In this document: positions 24,588 through 24,658 of the stretch, piece by piece | Numbering within the stretch: the first letter of the stretch is position 1 | How the letters are laid out: every line of letters starts with the position of its first letter | IMG/VR virus record: IMGVR_UViG_3300020045_008087 | Location: 1 to 24,658 of that record | Length of the DNA stretch: 24,658 bases | Direction: 5' to 3' (one strand) | Source of the DNA: a virus | Lineage: Duplodnaviria > Caudoviricetes | The notes under the pieces: generated by a model | Database searches by the model: none | What the model was told of the DNA's origin: nothing | The model's input: the letters and a program-made list of their open reading frames with translations, nothing else | Position numbers and translations under genes: made by a program

Positions 24588-24658
24588 ATCCTTAATTGGA
24601 CTTAGAGTTTCATGTCTTTGCAAATGGTGTTGTCTCTCACCAGACACATATTCTAATC

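Noticed and set aside
1-24658. CRISPR array, tRNA, integrase/transposase, DGR, stop-codon reassignment
   Set aside because: No repeat-spacer array, cloverleaf, recombinase, reverse transcriptase or TR/VR pair seen; genes are intact in code 11 and TAA, TAG and TGA all act as stops at tight gene junctions.

Overview
All-plus-strand late (virion and lysis) region of a tailed dsDNA phage or prophage with podovirus-like architecture. Gene order: 5'-truncated portal, HK97-type major capsid, about 6 kb of head decoration/fibre genes (beta-helix, jelly-roll, LamG), a displaced scaffold-like operon, head-tail adaptor, a 1227-aa nozzle with nested domain insertions, ejection proteins (one ending in a GH19 muramidase), GroES, a lysis cassette (Amidase_2 endolysin, holin-like genes), a metallophosphoesterase, and the start of a new promoter-driven unit (DUF559-like nuclease). 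Standard genetic code. Promoter and RBS style suggests a Patescibacteria (Microgenomates-like) host, which is an inference. The most unusual signal is non-coding. Two late promoters are followed by a conserved 18-nt leader overlapping an intrinsic terminator. Two further terminator/antiterminator switches occur. A roughly 130-nt structured small RNA (23775-23905) has strands complementary both to those late leaders and to two sites flanking the antiterminator of the adjacent leader, making it a candidate sRNA-controlled attenuation network. All protein calls are from motif recognition and synteny, and all folds are by hand; no searches were run.
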